25,679 nt of DNA from Octopus sinensis (taxonomy: Eukaryota): positions 1 to 25,679 of the forward strand of contig NW_021836048.1 of the NCBI RefSeq assembly GCF_006345805.1, given 5' to 3'. A program made the position numbers and the translations under genes. This document shows, in pieces, positions 1 to 9,298 of the stretch. The notes beneath the pieces are model-generated. The model did no database searches. It worked only from the letters and a program-made list of their open reading frames with translations, and was not told the DNA's origin. Each line of letters opens with the position of its first letter. The first letter of the stretch is position 1.

Positions 1-100
1 CCCCCAAAATGATGAAAGGCAAAGTCAACCTCGGCGGAATTTGAACTCAGAACGTAGCGGCAGATGAAATATCGCTAGGTATTTCGCCCGGGGTGCTAAC
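1..100 (-). mobile_element. tRNA-derived SINE, head region (octopus-type)
   Basis: Minus strand carries B-box-like GAGTTCAAATTCC; same sequence as the units at 24222-24760. Confidence 0.8.
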
Positions 101-280
101 TTTTGTGCTTTGTAAAATTCAAGCTCTAACATCGCTTTAGTTGTTTCCTTAACTATTTAATCCTTTGTGCTTCGATGGGAAATCAGAACGTATCAAATGT
201 TATTTCGTCAAAATAAGTAACGAAACAGGTTATACAAATAAATTGTCACGTTCGCCATGGGCGTTGATATATTTTTTTTT

Positions 281-465
281 CTTAAGGTGGTTATTGTTTC
301 AACTGATTAGAAATTATAATAAGCATTGAAGGTAAAAGGAAACCTTTTTGTTTTTATCCGCATTATAGCTTAGATCACGTGTATATTCCCAACATTTTGT
401 TTATGTAAAATCTGTTTCTCCTCTCTCCCTCTTTCTCTCTCTGGATATATATTATTTACTGTCTC
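281..465 (+). repeat. ~190-bp direct repeat upstream of exon 1 (partner 1001-1200)
   Basis: Shared blocks such as ttttatccgcattata, ttagatcacgtgt, ccaacattttgttta and gtaaaatctgt, followed by a CT tract. Confidence 0.85.
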
Positions 466-524
466 TATTTATATAGGAAATACACGTCTCCCCGCAAATA
501 TGCGCACATAGATATATATTATGT

Positions 525-608
525 ATGCACAATATATTATGCGTGCACAATATATTATGCGTGCACAATATATTATGCATGCATAATATATTTTGCATGC
601 GTAATATA
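525..608. repeat. 18-bp promoter minisatellite (RTGCACAATATATTATGC), 4 units plus a partial
   Basis: Units at 525, 543, 561, 579 and partial 597; contains a perfect 26-nt palindrome at 567-592. Confidence 0.9.
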
Positions 609-621
609 CACAACTACAACG

Positions 622-701
622 TGAGTCAATGGGTATATAAAGAACGAGAGACACCGAGGTCGGGATTCACGAATTGGAAAAGAACCCGCAACATTGAGTC
701 A
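622..701 (+). promoter_or_regulatory. Two AP-1 consensus sites (TGAGTCA at 622-628 and 695-701) flanking the TATA box
   Basis: Exact consensus matches, conserved at 25298-25304 and 25371-25377. Function is inferred. Confidence 0.5.
634..641 (+). promoter_or_regulatory. TATA box of copy 1
   Basis: TATATAAA about 110 nt upstream of the ATG; identical at 25310-25317. Confidence 0.7.
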
Positions 702-744
702 CTGTGAAATTTCTGATACAAGAAAAGACAGTAAGGAAATCACC

Positions 745-817
745 ATGAAAGGAAGTGGTTCACTCGTAACTATATGCCTTCTCGTTTTGATCACAGGTTT
801 TCACCAGATACAAGCCG
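745..817 (+). CDS. Exon 1 of a small secreted cysteine-rich protein gene (signal peptide MKGSGSLVTICLLVLITGFHQIQA, then phase-1 intron)
   Basis: ATG at 745 in a CACCATGA context; basic N-terminus, hydrophobic core and a small residue at the predicted cleavage site; donor G|GTATGT at 818; TATA box ~110 nt upstream; duplicated at 25420. Confidence 0.85.
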
Positions 818-902
818 GTATGTATAAATATATACACTTGTACACGTACACTCACACACATTCACTCATATGGAAGCCTTCTATAATATACTTTCTTTTC
901 TG

Positions 903-975
903 CTCTAGGCACGAAGCCCGAAATTTTCGGGGACGGGGTCAGTCGATTAGATCGACCCAATACGCAACTAGTACT
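903..975 (-). mobile_element. 3' fragment of the same SINE family
   Basis: ctctaggcacgaagcccgaaatttt...agtcgattagatcgacc matches 24222-24285. Confidence 0.7.
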
Positions 976-1000
976 TTTTTTTTTAATCTTAAGTCGTTTT

Positions 1001-1200
1001 CTTAGGTCCTTATTGTTTAATTGCTGAGAAAATATAATGAGCATAAAAAGTAAAAGAAAAAACGATTTAAAAATCTTTTTGCTTTTATCCGCATTATACC
1101 TTAGATCACGTGTTTATTTCCAACATTTTGTTTACGTAAAATCTGTATCTCTCTTTCTCTCTCTCTCTCTCCGCGCTCTCTCTGTATATATTACTGTTCT
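1001..1200 (+). repeat. Second copy of the ~190-bp repeat, in intron 1
   Basis: See 281-465. Confidence 0.85.
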
Positions 1201-1688
1201 TCCTATGACAAATGTCCGGAAATCTTTCATCACACATCTGTGACCTCTTCAGCAGCGACACTTTCCGTCCCCGTGTATGCTCCTCCTCCATTTAATCCAT
1301 CTGTTCTCCTATGGTGTATATCCTTATCTGCGCATGTCTATTCGGTTTGCCCGCTATAGTGTATTTTTCTCCATAATAACAATATAAAGGGCACGGATAT
1401 TGTGTAGAGCTTAAACCTTGCCCATACACACGCGAGCACACATGTAGAACACACAGAGTGATGAACGAAACACACACGCATACAAGCATATTTACACATA
1501 CACACACATCTAGATGCAAACGCATGTGCAGATAAGGATCCAGGTCATAGAAGGACAGACTGGACTATGTGGAACAGGAAGCTATACATGGATGGAAAGG
1601 ATACTGAAGAGGTCACAGATGTGTAACGAAACAATTCAGGACCATGGATATAAGGGATAATAAGGACAGTAATAAGCGAATATGTGCA

Positions 1689-1836
1689 GGCGCAATGGCC
1701 CAGTGGTTAGGGCAGCGGACTCGCGGTCGGAGGATCAAGGTTTCGACTCCCAGACCGAGCGTTGTGTGTGTTTATTGAGCGAAAACACCTAAAAGCTCCA
1801 CGGGGCTTCGGCATGGGGTGGTGGTGACTCCTGTTG
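1689..1836 (+). mobile_element. tRNA-derived SINE, 3'-truncated; left arm of an inverted pair
   Basis: A-box-like TGGCCCAGTGG and B-box-like GGTTTCGACTCCC, followed by a non-tRNA body. Confidence 0.85.
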
Positions 1837-2000
1837 AGTGAGAGAAAGTTGGGGCGAAAGAGTACAACAGGAGTCGCTACCACCCCCTGCCGAAGCCTCG
1901 TGGAGCTTTTAGGTGTTTTCGCACAATAAACTCAGACAACACCTGGTCTGGGAATCGAAACCGCGATCCTCCGGCTGCCAGTTCGCTGCCCTAACCATTT
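1837..2000 (-). mobile_element. Same SINE family, inverted; right arm
   Basis: Reverse complement of 1865-1997 matches 1704-1836 at 116/133 ungapped. Confidence 0.85.
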
Positions 2001-2123
2001 GCATGTCAATGTCTCCATTTTCTTCCTCCTAACCTGCGACGGCAAATGTCGTGTTTGTTAGAAACTTAATATGTATATAGTTTGAGTATTATCACATACG
2101 CACGGAGACGTATTGTGTGTATA

Positions 2124-3233
2124 GAGGGGTTGGATAAAATAATGGAAACACCTTAAAATTTCAAACAAATTTACGTTATTTTATTTTAAAATGCACCATT
2201 ATTGTTTAATAATATTGAGATATGGGGACTGTGGTGGCAAGATAAGATGGTCAACTTCACTAGAATGTTTCTCGTGCCATTCAGTAACAACTTTAGCAGT
2301 GTGAATTGCTGCATTATCGTCCTAAAAGATTATGTTTCCCTCCAGAAACAGTTCCACAACCATACGATGAATTTGATCAGATAAAATGCTTAAATAGACT
2401 TGGCTATTAATTCTGCCAGGAAAGGAAACCATTAAGCCGGCGGATTTCCAATATATACCCTCAACACCACCTCATCACAGATCCTCCTCTATGTTTAACA
2501 GTTGAAAAAAGGTAGTCTACGTCAAATGCTTCTTTTGGCTGTTTCCACATATATACTCGTCTGGTGGTCGGAAATAATGTAAAGGCTGACTCGCCCCCCG
2601 AGACTCCACTCCTTTAGGGACCAGTTCTTTAGGGTTTTACACCATACTAAACGCATTGCAACGTTTGTGTTTGTAAGTAGTGGTTTTCAGATTGTAGCCA
2701 TCCCAGGAAATCCGGCTTTGTGCAGCTCCCGGGGAAGAGTTTTTGTGGAAACTGTGTTCTCGATGTGGTCATTAAGCTCTGCAGTAATTTTCGGAGCTGT
2801 ATTTATGTGATCCTGTCTACCCATTGGCGTAAGAGTCCGACGGTCCCTATCTGAAAGTTTTGGTTTCCTTTCGGAGTTTTATTTCGACGAGGTGGATTCT
2901 TTTCCCTCTTTCACAAAGGCTGTCATTACTTTCGAGACAGTACTTCTTGATATGCCAAACATTTCGGCTGTTTCCGTTACGCTAGCGCCTGCCATACGAT
3001 CACCAATAATTTGACATCTTTGAAAGTTTGAGAGATCTGTCATTTTAATGAATTTTAATTACATTTTTCTGATGATATCTGAAAATAAACAGGAATTTTA
3101 GCAAAATATATTAACCAACACTAATTTTAAATGAAAAAAATATAAAAATAAACAAACTTTTGACGGTTTTATAGATATTTCAAAATTATTATGCTATGAT
3201 GCTAGGTGTTTCCATTATTTTATCCACCCCCTG
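2124..3233 (-). mobile_element. Tc1-family DNA transposon, degraded, DD36E-type spacing
   Basis: 30-bp TIRs (2124-2153 and 3204-3233, 2 mismatches) flanked by TA. Minus-strand transposase from ATG 3043 (MTDLSNFQRCQII...TVKHRGGSVM...DDNAAIHTAK...QSPYLNII) has several stops and lacks its C-terminus. Confidence 0.92.
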
Positions 3234-3235
3234 TA

Positions 3236-3400
3236 TGTGTGTGTAGATACCTATGTAAATACATAATTATATATATGCATACGTTTACGTGTATATGTTT
3301 GTACATATATATATATATGTATGTATATATCTGCTTTAGTAGATATTCATATATATATATATATATATATGTGAGTGTGTGTGTGTGTATTTCTGTTTAG
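3236..3400. repeat. (TA)n/(TG)n compound microsatellite
   Basis: Direct reading. Confidence 0.85.
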
Positions 3401-3869
3401 TGTGTGCAAGTATAAATGATGCATGTATGCGTTTGTATGTCTGTGAATAAAGTGTGTCTATATCTTGGTGCGTATAGATTTCTGTAAGTGACTGTTAAAC
3501 ATCTTTGCCATTAATTTACTTCAGACATGCATGTTTTCTTTTTAAGCTAAAACATTTCTTTTTGATTTAAGGTTTTCTTCACTTTTATATATATTTAAGC
3601 GATTTAATTTTTTTTTATTATTCTGTTACTCGTATTCCGCTTTGTAAAAAGAATCTGTTACCTGGAATGCCCAATTAAATTCAAGTAAGTATTTGTTGTT
3701 GTGAAATGCATGATAATATATATTAGACGCGTAACTTAAATTCTTGTTCCATTCTGTATCACAACTGCCGGACGAACGGAAATTTAAAACTCTGAGTAGC
3801 AATTTTTTCTAATATCTCTGTGATGTTTTAGCAGCTTGAATAATAAAGCATATTACTCCACCTATGGTA

Positions 3870-3904
3870 TACACCACACACACACATATACATATGTATA
3901 TATA

Positions 3905-3935
<31 letters not shown>

Positions 3936-3989
3936 CTATATATATATTTTACATATACATATGTATATATATATATATTATATATATAT

Positions 3990-4055
<66 letters not shown>

Positions 4056-4068
4056 TATATATACACAC

Positions 4069-4101
<33 letters not shown>

Positions 4102-4179
4102 TAATATTTATATATATATAATATATATATATACATAATATACATATATATATACATAATATATATACATACACACATT

Positions 4180-4215
<36 letters not shown>

Positions 4216-4385
4216 CATATATACATATATATATACATAATATATATACATATACATACACACACACACACAAACACACACACGCATATGTATATATAAA
4301 TATATATATATATATACACATATACATATATATGCACACATATATACATAATATATATACATACACACATTCACACACACACACA

Positions 4386-4439
<54 letters not shown>

Positions 4440-4450
4440 CGTGTATATAC
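3870..4450. repeat. Long compound (TA)n/(CA)n microsatellite with recurring higher-order blocks
   Basis: Block atacataatatatatacatacacacattcacacacac recurs near 4148 and 4344. Confidence 0.9.
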
Positions 4451-4452
4451 TA

Positions 4453-4575
4453 TAGGGTGTGCTGAAATGTTTCAGTCTTTGAGTGAACGAAAATACACGA
4501 AGATCACTTAATTATGACTTTATTCAAAACATTCCCCTCTCACATTCACACACTTATTGCAGCGATCCATCGGTT
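4453..4575. mobile_element. Probable mariner-type terminal fragment
   Basis: ta-gggtgtgctgaaatgtt...ttcacacacttattgcagcg resembles mariner ends from memory; no partner TIR seen. Confidence 0.35.
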
Positions 4576-4639
4576 ACTCTGTGTCCGGTATCGTTCTCTT
4601 TTCTTTTGTTCCCTAAACGTTGATTCCTGGTTCAAAATT

Positions 4640-5560
4640 CTCTATTTAACCTGATTTTAAGTCCAACGTGTACATATTTAGAGGAATTCTATGTTATAAT
4701 TGTTGCTGGGTATACACCCTCTTCCTGACAATTTCTTTCTAATTTACAAGCATTAGAGTATCTGCTATTACAATTTGTATTTGTAGGTGGTGCAGCAGTG
4801 TTATATGTATATTTTATTGTGGTTATTAGTAGTATTTTATATTGTTAATTCTAGCATTATACGGATTATTATTAATATTATTGCGGGTTCTAGGCTCAGT
4901 TATAGTAATTCCGTTTTCATAGAATTAATCTAATTTCTTCTTATTAAATGAAGATATAATTTTAAAGAATTTCGGGAAACTGAAAGTCCAAATCTAATTT
5001 GATTATTATTATATAGTTTTGCACATTTAATGCCTTTGACGCTTTTATAAACAATCATTCTAATGGACCTTATAAAGTTCAATTTTAATTGTTTTGCAAA
5101 GGGAATCACTATCCACATTGTTTTCTCGTTGTCTACATTGGAAAAGAATTCCATTGTATTCAGAGAGCCTGTTTTTTCTCGTACTTGGTATAGGATTGTT
5201 TTTTACTATGTTATTCATATCCTTATTAATTAGAGTATCATGGTTATACAAATCATTATAGCAATTTGACTTATTTTAATCATTTCTGCTTTTTCTGTTG
5301 CCTTCATGTTCCTACTTTTATGTTTAATGACTTGGTTACGGAGTATGTTGCCAGGAGTTTTAGGTGTTTTTATATTAGTGAGGTTAGGAAGATGGTAATT
5401 ACTAAGATTTTAATTTTTTTTCTGATTTTTATTTCTGTTGCGGTACTCGTAATGCTTGAGTTTTTTTTGTATTGTTATTATATAGGCAATATTCATTCTT
5501 CACTTGTTTATTACTGTTCTCATTTTAGATCATGTCTGTTGTCCAGAAATCATTCGTGAA
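4640..5560 (-). mobile_element. Highly decayed Penelope-like retroelement remnant (RT C-terminus to GIY-YIG region)
   Basis: Minus-strand peptides WIVIPFAKQLKLNFI...KLYNNNQIRFGLSV and CNSRYSNACKLERNCQEEGVY resemble that region; many stops. Confidence 0.5.
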
Positions 5561-5699
5561 ATATCTCTAACCTCTTCAGAGACAGATACCGTTCACGTTT
5601 ATTTGCCAAAAACAGGAATGATCATTTCGAAATATATAAATAGCCGCTGAATCCACAAACTTTACTTAAATTCTATCCCTGTTTAATTCGTTGTTTTCC

Positions 5700-5830
5700 T
5701 TTCTGTTGAAGAGTGTATGCTCGAAACATTAAAAGGCTTTCTTACCTTCCCGAAGGCCAAACTAATACACCTTCTTCTTCTTGTTTATATACCTGTCTTC
5801 GTCTTTTGTTTTTCTGTAAATTTCAACTAT
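5700..5830 (+). repeat. Short interspersed repeat, possibly Penelope-derived (partner 23640-23765)
   Basis: Shared gaagagYgtatgctcgaaac...aaactaataca...tgtaaatt, each followed by (TA)n. Confidence 0.6.
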
Positions 5831-5916
5831 ATATATATATATTTTTGTTATATATTCATATGTATAAATTTGATTATATATATATATATATATGTATATA
5901 TTGTATATATATATAT

Positions 5917-5998
<82 letters not shown>

Positions 5999-6040
5999 GT
6001 ATGTATACATATATATATCTATATATATATATATAATTTA
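5828..6040. repeat. Interrupted (TA)n microsatellite
   Basis: Direct reading; ends about 30 nt before the exon-2 acceptor. Confidence 0.9.
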
Positions 6041-6067
6041 AACAATGGAATATTTTCCTATTTTCAG

Positions 6068-6147
6068 AAACCTGCCCCACCTATGTTGCGTGCCAACGTT
6101 TTTGCAACAGCTAAATGTGAATATTTTCCGAGAGCAAGATGTGTTGA
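6068..6147 (+). CDS. Exon 2 of the Cys-rich gene, frameshifted as assembled: (E)TCPTYVACQRFCN / AKCEYFPRARCV(E)
   Basis: Acceptor ttttcctattttcAG ends 6067; donor GA|GTAAGT at 6148. The phase-1 entry frame gives 3 Cys then TAA at 6112-6114. The frame reaching the donor gives KCEYFPRARCV. Length is 80 nt where 79 or 82 is needed. Confidence 0.75.
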
Positions 6148-6371
6148 GTAAGTAGAATGAACTTCTGTACTTTTAGATGTAACGATTTCTCGCCATCCTC
6201 TCCGGTATAATATTAAAGTCTGATATTATAATTATCATTGAAATAACGCAGGAATAATGTCAGCCGTTGTTAAGCATATTCGTATTACATAATGCAGACA
6301 AAACTGAAAGTGCTTATAAATGACCACGTAATACAAATACGATAAAAATATATGCATATCTATGATGATTC

Positions 6372-6387
6372 TAATGATAATAATAAT

Positions 6388-6453
<66 letters not shown>
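6372..6453. repeat. (TAA)n microsatellite
   Basis: Direct reading. Confidence 0.95.
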
Positions 6454-7140
6454 TAGAGTTTTAGAACCTGTAGAATATGAAGCAAGACATGACAGAGTCG
6501 GCCAGTATTTACATTGGACAATATGTCGGTATTATAAAATCAAAACCGCAGACAAATGGTATAAACACCATCCTGAAGCTGTGACTGAGGGAGAAAATAT
6601 AGCGATACTATGAGACTTCCCCCATACATACCTAGAAAACTATAAAAGCTAATAAACCGGATATTATTATAAAAGATCAGACAAAAAAGATGTGTTTATT
6701 AATTGACATGAGTATTCCTTGCGATCACAACATAGCGGCGAAAGAATTTGACAAGATTATTAAATATAAAGACTTGCTAATAGAAATTTAAAAAATGTGG
6801 CATCTCAAGGCAACTACAGTACCAGAGATTGTAGGATCTCTAGGAATGATAAAAAAAGGTAGTGAAACCTATTTGAAAATGATACCAGGCTTACCATCCC
6901 TACAGGAAGTGCAAAAAATCGTATTAACTGGAACGGCTCATGTACTGAGAAGAGCATTATCGCTGTGAAAACAACATCCATTCATGAATTTATTTATTTA
7001 TTAATTTTCAAATACATATTTTACCTGTGAATTTGCGCGTGTAATCTGGGAATACATGCAATGAGCTTCTCTGCCTTAGGTGTACGGAAAACAGTCGGCA
7101 AGAAACGGAAGAAAATTTGAAGAAAGAATAAAAAAAATAA
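6454..7140 (+). mobile_element. 5'-truncated R4/Dong-clade non-LTR retrotransposon (RLE domain plus 3' UTR), in intron 2
   Basis: RHDRVGQYLHW...WYKHHPEAV...NKPDIIIKD...LIDMSIP...KYKDL...LQEVQKIVLTGTAHVLRRALSL*: PD-(D/E)xK restriction-like endonuclease with in-frame stops. Confidence 0.88.
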
Positions 7141-7144
7141 TAAT

Positions 7145-7740
7145 GTTTATTTGCCACAACGGCGAAGGATGGGGGGAAAATACAAAGACAAATTTAAAGT
7201 TTCGGGGTTTACATATAATGGGAAAAGTGTAAACGGTAAAAATTAAAATAAGGATTCGATGTTTTTACTCATCCTTCTGCTATGTACTAAACGCACATAA
7301 TGCTTCCGTGCGTCCAGAACACTATTTTAGTCACCCATAAGTACTGAAGTGCGAGACGTTCTCAAAAATGTTTGTGGACGTCTAAAGAAATCTGAGCTTC
7401 CAGCTCCCGTTGGGGCGTAAACTGCCACCAGTCTAAAGGCAACACCTTCACTACCATTTACATCTAGGACCACCACACTACCATCCAGGCCATGGGATCT
7501 AAGGATTTCCCTTGCTATGACTGCTACACTGCCATCCGCTGCCGATAGACCACAAAATAAGAAGACATGGCAGTCTTTGAAAATGGATGCTAGAGCATGT
7601 TTTCGGAGAACCTTGTTTCACTAATGGCAGCCATATCTAAGTCAATGACCAGAGATCATTGAGCAAGTGAACTTGCTTCCAAGCTGATCCCAGGCTATGC
7701 ACATTCGCACAACCCCATTCTCAGCACAGACACGCTACTC
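7145..7740 (-). mobile_element. Internally deleted Tx1-clade LINE derivative (APE fragment joined to 3' end)
   Basis: Minus-strand AWKQVHLLND...AAISETRF...VVVLDVNGSEGVAFRLVAVYAP...DFFRR aligns with the APE at 12152-12600; ends gccgttgtggcaaataaac. Confidence 0.75.
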
Positions 7741-8238
7741 GGAGAAAGAAAAAAGAAGAGGTTACTTTCCTTTAATTACGAGAAGCACAGAAAACTCGGG
7801 CCTCTTTACTGGCGAAAATTTCTTTAAAAGGCCCTTCCCATAGACTTTTATCAACTGTTTGTTTTACAATTCCCATACTACGTGGCAATTCTATTCTTAT
7901 GGGCCTTATTGACCCACTTGTATCTCGAAGTGTTTCTATGATAAATATAATACATCGCCAAATCAGAATCTACATATAAAAGTGAACACACGATAACATT
8001 ATGCATGCCTTGCAATTTATGTGTCACAAAGGCATGGAATATGAGTCATGCATAATGTATTTCACACAGAATACAACCTAGAAGCATAACGTACTCTATT
8101 CATAACACACTCCATATATTATACGCTCCATACATAACGAAGAGCCACACTACACAAATTTATTTAACATTTATGTTTTACTTTGATATTTTTTGAAAAA
8201 GATACGTGTCTTATTCTTTATCTTGTCTTTTGTTACAG

Positions 8239-8338
8239 GGCCACATGTGGGTGCGGTATTGACTTTTTTGTAGGTGATATACGTGTGACGGCATACTGCT
8301 CGATCCCAATATTTAGATATTATGGATATAATAAATAA
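8239..8338 (+). CDS. Terminal coding exon 3 of the Cys-rich gene: (E)ATCGCGIDFFVGDIRVTAYCSIPIFRYYGYNK*
   Basis: Polypyrimidine tract plus ttacAG acceptor ends 8238; phase 2 matches the exon-2 donor; supplies Cys 6-8; stop TAA at 8336-8338. Confidence 0.75.
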
Positions 8339-8899
8339 TCTTCTTGAATTTAGTTCATGAATCATATCTCATTATTATCTCTGTGTTTTGACTTTTTTTT
8401 CAAATCTTTCATTTATAATTTAACGTCTTTTGTTTCTAAATTTGGGGAAAATCTATATCGAAACAACCTAGACTGTTGTAATTGTTGAAAGTATACTGAA
8501 GTCGAGAAGATTCTAGAAATCGGTTCGCTTCTTCCCTTTGTAAGTGTAATAGCGTCGGATACGTTAGCAAAATCTATGGCGTTGCTACAGCTGGGACGGA
8601 ATAAGTAAATGAGAAAATTATGCGAATAACATGAGAGATGGTAAGTATATAATACCAATACTGTGTAAATACGAATATAAGCAAAAGTATAAAAATAGGC
8701 TCACTGGAAAATGTGGTCCAACATTATTTATGGCCTAAAGATCGCTTAGAGTATGTAGTTCTAGATAGAATGTGTCCGAAGAAAGTATTGCTTAAGTTAT
8801 TCGTCGATATACAAAGACTGAAAGACATTTTAGATAATGTAGCCTTAGACCTTCCATGTCTGAAAGGCATATTAATTATTAATAAGGATCTATATACAA

Positions 8900-9298
8900 C
8901 TAGCAGTATCGCCCGGCGTTGCTCGGGTTTGTAAGGGAAATAACTATATAAGCATTTTTAGAGATGTAAAGTATAATAGCCATCTCAATATGGCTAACCA
9001 CAAAGGGGGGTGTTACTGTAGCTTTTTACGTTCTGATATTTAATAATACATTTTTAGAGAGTTACTTCCCTTATATAAACCGAGCGAAAATACATTAAAA
9101 ATGCAGAAAAATTATGGTAATTTTGTTTTTAAATCGTGGACTCATTGTAGACGCGCGCTAATACCCAGAAAGGCTTGATATGAATCACGACTATAAGATA
9201 CCCGCTTTTGGTTAAACTGCACCGCAAAATGTGGGAGTAGTTAGGAATCTAAATCGTAGGAGACAGACAACACACATCCTCACTTTTATATATATAGA
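8900..9298 (-). mobile_element. Non-autonomous Helitron (~400 bp)
   Basis: Minus strand: 5' A|TCTATATATATAAAA and 3' hairpin cccg-agcaacgc-cggg followed by CTAG|T; AT target site, no TSD. Confidence 0.8.

Larger units (their letters stand above)
1..1003 (+). repeat. Segmental direct repeat, copy A (partner 24660-25679)
   Basis: Manual alignment: about 10 substitutions, 4 single-base indels and one extra VNTR unit. Confidence 0.95.

Noticed and set aside
694-1005. 103-aa ORF as an intronless CDS
   Set aside because: Only 745-817 is protein-like; the rest reads through a GTATGT donor into intron and SINE sequence.
1689-1765. tRNA gene
   Set aside because: A/B boxes are present but no matching acceptor stem was found; it continues into a SINE body with an inverted twin.
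3652-3684. Possible 33-nt phase 1-1 micro-exon ending at a GTAAGT donor
   Set aside because: The acceptor (aaaaAG) is weak, the in-frame peptide ESVTWNAQLNS is uninformative, and it would not repair the exon-2 frame. RNA-seq would be needed.
3809-4386. Long Y/I/C/V-rich ORFs (also 5713-6151, 17522-17978, 23717-23935)
   Set aside because: These are stop-free translations of TA/CA microsatellites.
6068-6147. Phase-0 reading KPAPPMLRANVFATAKC as the true exon 2
   Set aside because: It is incompatible with the phase-1 donor of exon 1 and loses three Cys, leaving an odd count of five.
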